In this document: in pieces, positions 26,494-38,580 of the stretch | How the letters are laid out: each line of letters opens with the position of its first letter | Numbering within the stretch: the first letter of the stretch is position 1 | DNA from: Schmidtea nova | Lineage: Eukaryota | Reading direction: 5' to 3' | Assembly (NCBI GenBank): GCA_044892505.1 | Contig: CM097883.1 | Location: forward strand, 293,632,001 to 293,696,000 | Length of the DNA: 64,000 nucleotides | The notes under the pieces: model-generated | What the model was told of the DNA's origin: nothing | What the model saw: the letters and a program-made list of their open reading frames with translations, nothing else | Database searches by the model: none | Made by a program: the position numbers and the translations under genes

Positions 26494-28474
26494 ACAATAA
26501 TATATAAATAAAATTTTATTGGAAAGTACTAGAATGGGACAAATACTTATTTATGTACCCCACGTTTACCTTGCTTTAGTTTTGAATCCAAAAAAAAGAA
26601 AAAGAAATTTATTTTCTCTTTTTTATATATTTATTTAAAAATACATATCATTATCATCACTTTGGATTATTATTATCATTAATTTAAAAGTTATTTGTTT
26701 TTTAAAATCTGTCATTCAAAATAATTTACAGTCTTCATCATCCTACAGTGGCCACTTGATTTAGATAACTTCATTATCTTGAAACACTCATTTTCATTTG
26801 AAAACTTCTAACAAGATAAGTAATGTTTTTGTTATCAATGTAATTTATTGAATTTTGGACCCCTTGAGATGTTTATAGATATTTGTTATATTATACAGTC
26901 TTAGAAATCATATTAAAACTTCAAAATATTGTTTCATAATTATTTTGGTTTTGAAGTACAAATTTAGATTAACTATGTTTTCTGCAGAACAAGGATTCCG
27001 ATAGACCAAAAATTTTGAAATAGAGAATAAAATGCAACAGCGAAAATTTGTAAAAAAGACAGGTAACTTGATATATATATATATATATAGTCAGGCACGT
27101 GATAAATTTTTATGGGGCGGTCATAGATAACACATTCAGGTATAGGCGGAATCTATTGAGATTAGGTTAATCCCAATAAAGTATTACAACCAAGATAATG
27201 GATAAAAAATTGCAAACTAAAATATTAAAATGTAAGGGTTACTTTAGTCATTTCTTTACTTTTTTGGTAAAACAGATCTCTAATAGATTTTTGTTTTAAA
27301 TTGTAAAGTCATTCACATACCGGTAGCTGCTTGTCCGCGTACCCAATGTTGGGAATCCTTGTGAATAAAAATCTTAACTAAAATATTTTATCATAAATAT
27401 TTTTTTTGTTTCACTTTTGATGTTTTTTTATTAATATCAATAATTTCTATAATGGTACGACTATAGATCAAAACAAAATTTGATATATAGTCATACCTTT
27501 AGTAATTAACTTTTCCAAATTGACTGGGGAATAATATTTATGACTTTCCAAATCGTTAGCAAAACATGAAAGCTTTTTACTATGAAAAACAAATGAATTC
27601 CTTTCGATAATTTAAAAACTTGGTTAACAATAAAGCCAAATATATTTTATTTGAAAACTGCCAAAATTTAAACAAAAAACCGATCATTTAAACAATCAAA
27701 AATAAAAGATAATAATCATGAAATATTTAGTTTTATCAAAAGATTTCATGTTTCTATAAGGTATTGAAAGATGGAATTTTTTTCGTCTTATCGCCCAACA
27801 CAATATATGGATCCTCTTTTATTATTCCATTATTTTGCGTTGGTAATGTCTCACCAATTATAATATTGTCTTCAGTTACTTTAACTCGTCTCTTGTGGAT
27901 CATAATTGGTTCGGAAAATTTGTTTTTATTTTTCAAATGTTGGGAATAATAATCTCCTCCTGGCGGAGTCCATTGATAGGCTCTTTTATACTCACTTTTT
28001 ATCATCTTCAAAAGAAGCTAGAGGAATATTTAATAACTTTTCTTTTTCGAAGTTGATACGAAATTATCCATTTTCCGAATTTCCTGGACAAAAGATTTTG
28101 GAATGGCTTGATAAATGATTGTTTGATTACTTTGTAATAGAAATCGCTTTTCATGTCAAAAGTTCTGAAAAAAATATTCCAAATGGAAAATGTAAAAATA
28201 TCTGGTTAACGTTCTTTACATAATGAATTCCTCCCAGAAATTCACACACATTCCGACATGCCCGCCGAACAATAAATACTCCACAACAATTCCATTATGA
28301 AAATTATTGATATTAATAAAATCTTTTAATATAAATAACAAAAACAATATTATTTACCTTAACAAAAATATTTTTAAAATGATTTACAAAGTTTTCATGG
28401 ATAGTAAACACTGAGAATTATTATTTTCATCTATTTATAGTATTTTATTTTGATATTAATATTGTTTTATTTTA

Positions 28475-28479
<5 letters not shown>

Positions 28480-28562
<83 letters not shown>
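28480..28562. repeat. (TA)n microsatellite
   Basis: Pure TA run of ~80 bp. Confidence 0.95.
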
Positions 28563-28568
<6 letters not shown>

Positions 28569-30871
28569 CGTTAATCGTTTCTGAATCTACTACTGATAAT
28601 TATCAATAAATGAATTTTAATAAATGAAAATAAAAGAACTTTCAAATATTACTGAATTTTCGAATTTTATTGTTGTTTCGTGTTAGAAAAGTTATGTACT
28701 ATGTACTATGTGCTATGTATTTAATGATATGTATCTAATATTTAGTAAATTCAATTAATGTCAACCGTCATTTAGTGGACTATTATTATTTTTTAAACAC
28801 TGCTCATTTGAAACCACGTTGTTTCCAATATTAAGTTACTATGTAAGATATTATAACAGTTGTAAAAGAAATTTTTGGTTAGATTGCGTAAATTATTCAT
28901 CGTTTAAAAATCAAAGTCGATTTTAGATATCATTGAAATAAAAATATCAAGTTATCAATTAAAATTAATAGTTAATAAAAAAAATAAAATTTACATGCCG
29001 AATAGTTACATATTAATAAGGAAGCAATGGGACAGGAAAATAAAAAATAAATCGCATTTCACATTACTGAATGTGTAACAAAAAAGTTTTTCATATTGAC
29101 TTTTCAATACAACATTTCCAAATTCAATCTACTATTAACAAAGAAATGTGTATAAGCATAACGGCATGCTAAAAACTTAACCAGAATATAAAAATATCCG
29201 TATACACCGTGTTACAATTTTTAATATTTTCTATAATAAAAATATTAATAATTTATTTATAAATAATACACATAAACTTATTTGCCTTTGAAAATTTCAA
29301 TTCAATAATTTCATTTTTTAATATATGGTAGAGAAATAAGATAAAAAAATAAGTAGAACATGCAATCACAACATATAGTAAAAACACGAACAAACTCACT
29401 AAGATCTTTAGTTTTTAATTTTTACATTTATTGAGTGCATTCTATCTTTTGCGATGTTATTTGAAATTTACTTTAGCGTTCAATGCCTTTTATCTTTATG
29501 TAAAATATCCCACATAACTTTTACGAATTCTACAGTTTTATTAATCTAGTGTCATAATAAACCATTAATGATTATTATATAAATATTTAGAATTTACTTT
29601 TATTTATTGCTCTCGCACTGATTTTTGTGATGACCTTCACCAATTCCGGCGTAGAAGCTTCGTACAAATGGTGCAAAAGGCATTGCAAACATGAACGCAA
29701 TGTATGCAGATATTCATGCGGAATATTCGGGTTCTTGTGCAAATCTAATTGCGATCATCGATACAAATACTGCAAAAGAGTTTGCAAAATTACAAATCCA
29801 TTTTAGAATTAGTTGAACTAATTAGTTTAATGAATTACTTAGGCTTACCGAGTAATTTTTTCGTTTAATCATGTTTAGTTTTAAATATAGTTGAAATGCT
29901 TCATTATTTTAACTTCGTTTACTATTAATTATTTAATTATTTATTATTGTAAACTATTAAAAAATTATTTAATTATTTATTATTGTAAACTATTAAAAAA
30001 CTGCAAAATATACAAAATAACGCGCAAAATATTTTATATATAAATTTGAAGAAAATAACAATGATTTATATTTTTTATTAATTAGATCATTTAACTTATT
30101 TTATTTATATCAATAATTTTGATAATGGTATGACTATAGATTAAAATATTTGTTTAACAAGTACACAATATTTCGGCACAGCCTTTATCAAAAGTGTACA
30201 CTATATTAATTCACCTAATAATAATTTGACAAATTTAGCACTATGATACTGACAAATTATGAGAAAATATTAAATTACATTTGTACGCTTTGTTAAGTTT
30301 TTGAGAATTTATCATTTAGATTATTATATTTTACATAACATATAGTAATAATAAATAATTGTAAGTTCATTAGAAAAGTCCATCTTATGAAAAAGGTTTT
30401 CCATTAATAATATTATAACTGTAAGCATTTAATTAAACGTCTGTTAGTCTAATTCATATGAATTCAATTTATAATGTACAGTTCAAATAGCATGGTTATA
30501 GTGACAGAAAATCATTAATGTTTATAAATTTGTTATACAATATCTTAAATTGATGTAAAAACCGAAGATGACCAATAAAAACTCGCTAATAAGAATAAAA
30601 ATTATTAATGAAATTTGTTAATAATTTGAATCATTCATTAATATGTTAGATTAAAAGGTATTCTTTTTCCGAAATCATTTTCCTCTTTGTCAGAAAATAA
30701 AAATAAATTATATTGAAAATTTCTCTAATCCATGTATATATCATGTAAAAATATTAAAATATATTGTTGGAAATTATTTTTCAAATAAGTAACATATTTC
30801 GGACTTCAAGAACTTTCGAACATGTAGTGCCTCTGCTCTATGCATATTTATAATATCCTGTAAATACTATA

Positions 30872-30874
<3 letters not shown>

Positions 30875-30947
<73 letters not shown>
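30875..30947. repeat. (TA)n microsatellite
   Basis: Pure TA run. Confidence 0.95.
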
Positions 30948-30953
<6 letters not shown>

Positions 30954-32479
30954 TATATATATAATACACTATATATAAAAAAATATAATTTAAATAAAAT
31001 AAGTTTGTTTTAATATGCAAAACAAAAGCAGAAAACCGCACGAGGAGATTGAGTTCAAACAATATAAGAAAATCGCAGCACCAATATATTTTATATTTAA
31101 TAAAATTTTGTTATTATCGATCCTTTAATGTTCAGTCACGATAGAATATTTTTGAAAACCGGCTTTTTAGGTCTGAGAACAAATATTTTAACGAATTTAT
31201 GAAATTCGTTAGTTATTATATTCAAATATAAAAAAATCCTCATCAAAATATCGACAAAATAATAGAAAAAATAATTAAAATTAACAAAAAAAATTAAATC
31301 CAATTGTTTTTATCAGTGGTTTAATGCTTGACAACAACTAAAACGACAGTGTGATAAAAAACACATAGTGTTTATTATTTGTTTGGTTTCTAAAATTAAG
31401 AACATTCATAGTTTCAAAAATATATTTTTTTAAATACAATACAAATTTCAATATTATTCAAACGATTTCATGTTCATATTTGAGGATATTTTTGCAGGTA
31501 TGAATTAGAAATTGAATTGGGAATATTCATATTCAAGCATTCAATAAATATTTTATATTTTTAAGTTCCAATCATTCTTATATATGAAATTTACAGTCAA
31601 GCCAATAAATAAATAATTTATTAAATTAATTTATAATTTTATTATCTAATTTTATTAAAGTTTTTAAATCTATTTAAAATTGAAAATTAATTACTATTTC
31701 TTTTTAATTATTCTCACAGTGTTATCGCGATTAAATATAAAATATTTAAAAATAAATTAAATAAATTAAAAATTCAATTTAAAAAACCCAAGAATTTTTA
31801 AAAACAACAAAAAAACAAGAGTAAGGGCGTGCTGTTAATTCTAAAATTCTGCATAACACACATATAAACCGATAGCAAAATACGTCAGTGACACATAATT
31901 TAGTATAAATACTAAACCAGACAGTTAACTTCATCAGCTATGTTCCCTAATTAAGTCAATTTTTAATTCAAAATAACAAATACTAAATAACAAATACTGA
32001 TTAAAAATTTAAAACTCAAAAAAACAAGAAATCGATGGAGAAATAAATTATTAAACTAGATAAACAAATAAATTTCCTATAGAAATAACGACAGAGTTAC
32101 AAGCATTTAAATAGCTAAAGTAATCAAGTTATTGAAAGTAACTTAAAGAAAACGGATTAAAGAGTCCAAGTTAAAGAAGACAAAATAAAGAAATCAAGTT
32201 AAAGAAGTCAACTTAAAGAAATCAAGTTAAGGAAGACAAATTAAAGAAAACGAATTAAAGTCAAAGTTACGTGAGTACCGGTTGTTTTTATAAGTTATTG
32301 TTATAAGTAAATTATGAACGTTTTAAAAGTTTGATTTGTTTTAGTTTAATGCATTGTGATAACGAATACACACACGCACTCACTCACACACCTAAATAAC
32401 AAGCACCTTAACTGTCCCTAAACAGTGATTTCTACAGGAGAGTCTGTTGGTCACTTCAATTTTCCTGCACTACTACTCA

Positions 32480-34811
32480 CTAAATAACATAACATAACAG
32501 ATATATCAAAACATAACACTAAACTCAACAACTACATACCTGAAATATTCCAATACAAACATAGACCTCTATTGACATATCAACGGTCATCAAGTTATTG
32601 TCGGTCTAATGCAGTAAATTACACACAAAATATCATTAGATACATGAAATATCAACATAAAGTTTTCATTACATACGTGAAATTATCATACACACAAAGG
32701 ATATCATCACATATATAGTCAATTCGATTCATAAAAATATTATCAAACTATAGTTCAACATCAGAAATACATACAAAATATCAAAATTACACAGATTTAT
32801 CACACACAATAATTGTAAACAAGAAATATTAATACACTATTGTGCAATTACATGTAAAATATACAAAATATCAATACATGAAATATCATCATATACACAA
32901 AGGATGTCATTACACTATACTGTAAAAGAATCAACACAAATAATCAAAGATATGTAAATATTCATCACATATATGAAACATCATCATGTTTAGTCGATCA
33001 AATGCATGGAATATCATCATACTATAGTGCAATTACATAAAAATACACACAAATATCAGAAATACATAAAATTTCATCACACACATACAAAATACCATCA
33101 CATATATAAAATATCATTACACAAAATAAAGTCAAATGCATGAAATCTTATTAACTGTTGGGCATAAACTGATTATCAACCACAGTGAATGCGAATACAG
33201 CATGTAGCGATTATGCACAAAGTGTACTCAAATAATTGAGAAAAATATCAAGTAAACAAAAGTAATTAAAAACATATATGTAAAAATTAATTAAAACAAA
33301 TATTAAATTGAACAAATCGCAAGACGTAAGTACGAGAAAAACACAAAGAAAACAATTTAACAAAACAAATCCGTGAAAGAATTAAGAAAATATAAAAATT
33401 CAAAATGTTTTTATAAATAATTTTCTTAATTTTAATAATATAAAGGTAAAAAAATAAAAATTAATTGTAAAAATTAAAATTAAAAATAAAGTACTTAAAA
33501 TTTATGTAAAAAGTAAAGTTTTGGTAAAAATAAAATTTATTAAAATATTAGATAAAATTTTATTCATAAATATAAATTTATTTTAGTAAAAATAATTATT
33601 AAATAATAACTATTAAATATTAAATAACTATTAAATTTAACTATTAAATAAATTAAATTAAACGAAAAGAAAATTATAGAACGATTTGTTTTAATGCATA
33701 AATTTAATTAAATGGCCTGAAAATGGCATATATAGAAATACCATTTTCAGTTCAAAAAAAAATTTCAAAAACAAAATGTTTTGAACACCTAAAAACGGAA
33801 CTTAACACAGCACTTTTACAGAAAAGCACTCCTAGTGGATAAACGAAAATGTAAGGCACCTTGCTGCCAAAGTTTTTATTTTATTATTTCTGTGAGAGAC
33901 GGCTCCATTATCGACATTATATAAATATCAGTCTGGACGCTTTGCTCGACCTACAAGCCTTTTTTCGTACATCGATCATGCCCCGGGAGTCTCTGTATCA
34001 GTTGTTTTAATTGTTTTCTCGATAATTGCATTCGAACAACTAATTTTCTTGTAACCAAAATTTCAAATTCCATGGATTAAAATGAATTTTTTGTTTTATA
34101 TGATTTTTGGTTTCTTGTCCTTCAGAGCTGCAATCTCACTGTGGTATTTCCAACTTGTTACAGTGTAGGTAGTCAGTGTGGACATACGTGTTCGGAGTGA
34201 ATTCTTTTGAATTGTCCGACCCCATGCAGTCAAAGCGACTATCAAGTTCGGCCTCATACTCTGCGCAGATGAGACAGAATTGCTGGAGGAATTTCTACAA
34301 GGCTTTTAAACTATTTTAATTCTCTTAAATAACATTTTTTTTGTTTTTCTGTGGTTATTTTTCAAATTAAAAACATCATGTGTGATATATGAAAGTGAAA
34401 AAGGCTCTTAAAATAGCAATCAATAACAAAAATGTGTGTTCACGAGTACTAATAAGATTTTTGGAGCGAAGATGGTGAATCAATCAAAAAAAAGTAATCG
34501 TTTTGTAAATATTATAAATAAATTGATTCTTTAATGTAACATGATTATTACTACGGTTTATCTTTTCCTTATCCAACAAAAAAATTTAATTAACTAAATT
34601 TTAACATAAAAGAAAGGAGAAACGAATTGAAATACATTAATTTTTTAAATTTGCAAACTTACTCGACAAATTCCTTTTACAAACTTCACATGTATGATAT
34701 AAATATCCAACAGAAGTGATCCAATAATGCAATTTTGAAGATACCTCGGAATCTGAAAAGAACACTAAAATAAAATAAAATATAATAAATAAAATCCAAT
34801 AATCTATAGTA
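32480..34811. repeat. Unclassified dispersed repeat, copy B left part (ACAT-rich degenerate array, then segments shared with 10150-11700)
   Basis: 33240-33560 resembles 10150-10460; 33900-34330 resembles 10810-11130; the array 32480-33240 resembles 54990-55380. Confidence 0.6.
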
Positions 34812-35254
34812 TGCTGGTTTGTTGGTCTGATCTTTCAACAGAGATTCTATTTGATGTTAGTTGTCAAGGTAATCTCACCAACATAAACACGCTTCCCCCC
34901 GCTGATACCCATGATGTGTCCCTAACTACTCATCATGTTGGTAATGTATCAACGTTGTGAAATGATGAGGCAGGTGAGCAACCTTGCGGCTACTATTCCC
35001 TATTTTATTCACGGGTCCACCACTACCGATAGAAGGTTTGTGTGGTTTTGTTCCGGTCCCAATTTACTTACGTCTAGGGATGATTTATTATCTCTCCTAA
35101 GTTCTCCGGTAAAATAAATTGTGCTCATTCAGTTCAATCAGACATTCTTTTACTTTAATATGCATCATTCCACCATTTACACAAACCAAGTCATTTAATG
35201 ATACATTTATTTGAAATTTAGTAATACATTCGAGTTGATCACTTTAATCAACCG

Positions 35255-35746
35255 TCACTCGCTGAGTCCACTAAGAAGATTCACTTTGATCCCTATCCGC
35301 TCAGCAAATGCCCTGCACTCACGCCGTCGTTTCGCACCCAGTCGATTTCTCTTTTTCGTTTCAATGTTTGAGACAAAGGGTCCAGGTTTAACTTCTTCGT
35401 TTCTCTTGGGTGTAGGGTTCAATTGTAGTACGTCATCCGTTTGGGTCTCGGTAGTCGCGTTCCGCGATGGTACCCATCGATCGAAGGTAGTCTTTCGGAC
35501 CTGGTCCTTCAGATGTTCGGTAACGAATTGCGCTGAGACCGTTCTCAAGCATCGGTTTAACTATACTCTAACTGCGGCTAGTTTGGATGTTTTCAGTATA
35601 TCTTTTACGGTAGTTTGGCAAAACCAACTTCGACGAAGTTCGTCGGTCTCTGCTCTCAACTTATTCACCATGCCTTCCAGTATACGATTACGTCTTCGGA
35701 TTTGATCGTACTCCTCGGGATCTACTGATTTGGGTCGTCGTTCCAT
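35255..35746 (-). pseudogene. ~163-codon orphan ORF with one internal stop, inside the older insertion
   Basis: ORFs 35561-35746 and 35255-35548 are in the same frame, separated by one stop; GC-rich and charged. No family recognised. Confidence 0.45.
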
Positions 35747-35966
35747 CTACAACGAAATATAATTTTACTCTCACATTCACCGACACTGGTTCTTGTCGCT
35801 CCCATGTTAGTCTCCTCATTTGTGCGGTTTAGGGTCAGGGTTCACAGTATCTCACCCTAAATCTCAAACAATCTTTCGTCTTTCACATCATTGGTTTTTT
35901 CCCGCGTACCAAACACACTCAATTAATATCGAACCACAAATATTTATTTTTCACCACAATGTCTTA

Positions 35967-36497
35967 TTACACCTCCTGATCTTTGAATTGCAAACTACAT
36001 TCCTGAACGTACGCGCTCTCCTCTTTCCGGATACCATTAGCATGATAATGGGCCGGATTCGGCTGCCAACTTAGCCGCCCATTATTTATGAATACCTCCT
36101 GCCATCGAAGATTTCGCATCCATGGTGAATCCTGACAGTTGAGTTTCGGCACTCCTTTTGGCAGATTTGAATAAGGAATCTGCTCTCCAGTGCGTATGTG
36201 CCTCGGGCTCTCTAATAATGTGTACTCTATGTGGTGGAGAATTTGCAGGGACATCGGCTGGAATTGGAATATCCATCGCGGTGTTCCGTCCATGGCACAT
36301 AATTCTAGAAACCATTCCAATTCGCGACGTTGTGGTATATCGTTGATCCGGATCCAGTGTTCATCTCCTGCCCATCTTATTGAAGACGTCATGGATTCCG
36401 TGCCTACTAATAGTGTTAGGGAGCCCGTCTCCCTTCGCCAGTGACGCAGGTTTCTTTCAATCGTTTGCTTTAATCTTTTAGGCATAGTTCTATCCAT
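35967..36497 (-). CDS. 176-aa hypothetical protein (Trp/Arg-rich) inside the older insertion
   Basis: ATG-initiated open frame with coding-like composition; a decayed coding-like frame also continues across the 36586/52965 junction. Confidence 0.35.
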   Translation of the reverse strand: MDRTMPKRLKQTIERNLRHWRRETGSLTLLVGTESMTSSIRWAGDEHWIRINDIPQRRELEWFLELCAMDGTPRWIFQFQPMSLQILHHIEYTLLESPRHIRTGEQIPYSNLPKGVPKLNCQDSPWMRNLRWQEVFINNGRLSWQPNPAHYHANGIRKEESAYVQECSLQFKDQEV

Positions 36498-36586
36498 AAC
36501 GATTTTAGGCGGGATTATCGGCCATCGCTTTGACTGAGGTTATCTCGAAATTTTCGGCAAAATTTGACTTACCTAAATGATAACAT

Positions 36587-37575
36587 TGTTGGGTTATTGG
36601 GTCGTTGGTGACTTTATGATTAACAAATTATTACCCTGACTCCAAAACGTGCTCTTTATTGACCCACAATAACAACTGACAACAGGAAATTTTATTGATT
36701 ATCACAAATAACTTCGATTTACAATGAACTGACCAAATTCAAACTACAGCTGATTATACAGTGCTTATTACGACACTATAGTGAAGAATAGCACTAGTGT
36801 ATAATCGATGTTCGAAATCACTCACTGCTGGGGAGTATAACAATTGGTAATTTGACTGGTTGTTTTCTTTATTTGACTTGGATTTACTCTCTGAATTTTA
36901 CTAGCTTTATTTTCTCAAACGCTTGAATAAGCTCCTGCTGCTTATCCCTTAGTTTCTGGTTTCAATTATTGGATTCTCCTTTTGACTCTTCTTTAACTTT
37001 CTCTGGACGTTTTTCTGCTTCCTTTTTAATGAATTTTACTAGCTTTATTTTCTCAAACGCTTTCTCTCAAATATTTTCTCTAACCACTTCTGTATACAAT
37101 GTTGTGTCTTTTTTCTGAGATGCTTCCTCCTTTTATACTTCTTCACTTTGTAGCACTTAAAATTATCAGCTGTTGTTACATTTTTCCAACATGATTTTCC
37201 ATTCATTTTCTCAGCAACGGAGTTATCTTTGACAGCTGTCAAGATAACCTCTGTTTTTCTCCTTTTTGCCGCTTCGGCTTGTTTGTTTTTGCCCACATTA
37301 TCTCTGACCGGTTGTCAAGATAAAATTCTTGTTGTTGTTTTTGTTTTTCCCAACTTTAGAATTTCTTCCTATTTGCACTAGTTAATTAGTGCTGACCTCT
37401 ATTTCGTTTTGCTTGTCTGATTTCTTTTCTTTTGTTTCCCCTTCTCATTTCTCATTCCTTTTTACTTCCGTTTTCTTTCCCAGGCTCCAATCAATCGTGT
37501 CATTCCCCATGACAATTTTCCCCCAAGTAATTTTGTTTATTTATTATATTATTTTGAATTTAGGTATCCTCAACA
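36587..37575 (-). repeat. 3' LTR (989 bp)
   Basis: TGTTGGG...CCTCAACA on +; identical by eye to 51971-52960 except for one C indel near 37285/52670. Confidence 0.98.
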
Positions 37576-37577
37576 TA

Positions 37578-37589
37578 TCTCCCCCCTTT
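37578..37589 (-). promoter_or_regulatory. Polypurine tract AAAGGGGGGAGA
   Basis: Purine run 2 nt upstream of the 3' LTR on the minus strand. Confidence 0.9.
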
Positions 37590-37866
37590 AAAAAAATTCG
37601 TCCTCGAATTAAAATCTTAAGTTATCTTTCGTACAATGCCCCCACTATTATTCTCCAATAAACGCTTCTCTATAATATTCTAATTTATTATTTTTACATA
37701 AATACTAGTTTACGATAATAGGGATAACAATTTTCATACTAACTGTAATAACAATAGCACTACCCATTTTAATAATGATAATTATCGTAGTGATAATAAA
37801 TATACTAATATTACAAATTTAAATTAATTCCTATAATTTTATCATCAGTATTGACAATAGTGATAA

Positions 37867-38295
37867 NNNNNNNNNNNNNNNNNNNNNNNNNNNNNNNNNN
37901 NNNNNNNNNNNNNNNNNNNNNNNNNNNNNNNNNNNNNNNNNNNNNNNNNNNNNNNNNNNNNNNNNNNNNNNNNNNNNNNNNNNNNNNNNNNNNNNNNNNN
38001 NNNNNNNNNNNNNNNNNNNNNNNNNNNNNNNNNNNNNNNNNNNNNNNNNNNNNNNNNNNNNNNNNNNNNNNNNNNNNNNNNNNNNNNNNNNNNNNNNNNN
38101 NNNNNNNNNNNNNNNNNNNNNNNNNNNNNNNNNNNNNNNNNNNNNNNNNNNNNNNNNNNNNNNNNNNNNNNNNNNNNNNNNNNNNNNNNNNNNNNNNNNN
38201 NNNNNNNNNNNNNNNNNNNNNNNNNNNNNNNNNNNNNNNNNNNNNNNNNNNNNNNNNNNNNNNNNNNNNNNNNNNNNNNNNNNNNNNNNNNNNNN
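37867..38295. other. Assembly gap (N run) inside the element's 3' non-coding region
   Basis: N characters flanked by (AAT)n-like low-complexity sequence. Confidence 1.
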
Positions 38296-38369
38296 ATAAT
38301 AATAATAATTTTATTAATTAATTTAGTTATCTTTATAATAAAAATTTTTTTTTTTTTTTTTTTAATTCA

Positions 38370-38580
38370 TTTTGCTATCTTGATGGCACTTATGTGCCTT
38401 CCATTTTTGTTTTTACTTCACCGCTATCCTGACTAGTTGTCAAGATAGCGGAATGTTTTTTTTTGTCCTTTCTGTGCCTGTGGCATTTATTGCCAAAAAA
38501 ATTGCCTCGCCGCTATCTGTCCAGATAGCAATTTAAAATTTGGTTTCGTTGGAATGTCGATTTTATAAAATCGACATTCC
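38370..38580. other. Cluster of five hairpins/palindromes, including a perfect 30-bp palindrome at 38551-38580
   Basis: ggcac-ttat-gtgcc; ccgctatcctgac-tagtt-gtcaagatagcgg; tggca-tttat-tgcca; gctatctg-tc-cagatagc; ggaatgtcgattttataaaatcgacattcc. Confidence 0.85.

Noticed and set aside
26990-27065. Plus-strand segment with good acceptor and donor sites
   Set aside because: All three frames contain stops.
37045-37661. Short ORFs in the LTRs (also 52429-52977)
   Set aside because: They are LTR duplicates with low-complexity composition, and the single LTR indel changes their start; probably not coding.
37851-38321. ORFs spanning N runs (also 55315-55675)
   Set aside because: Artefacts of assembly gaps.
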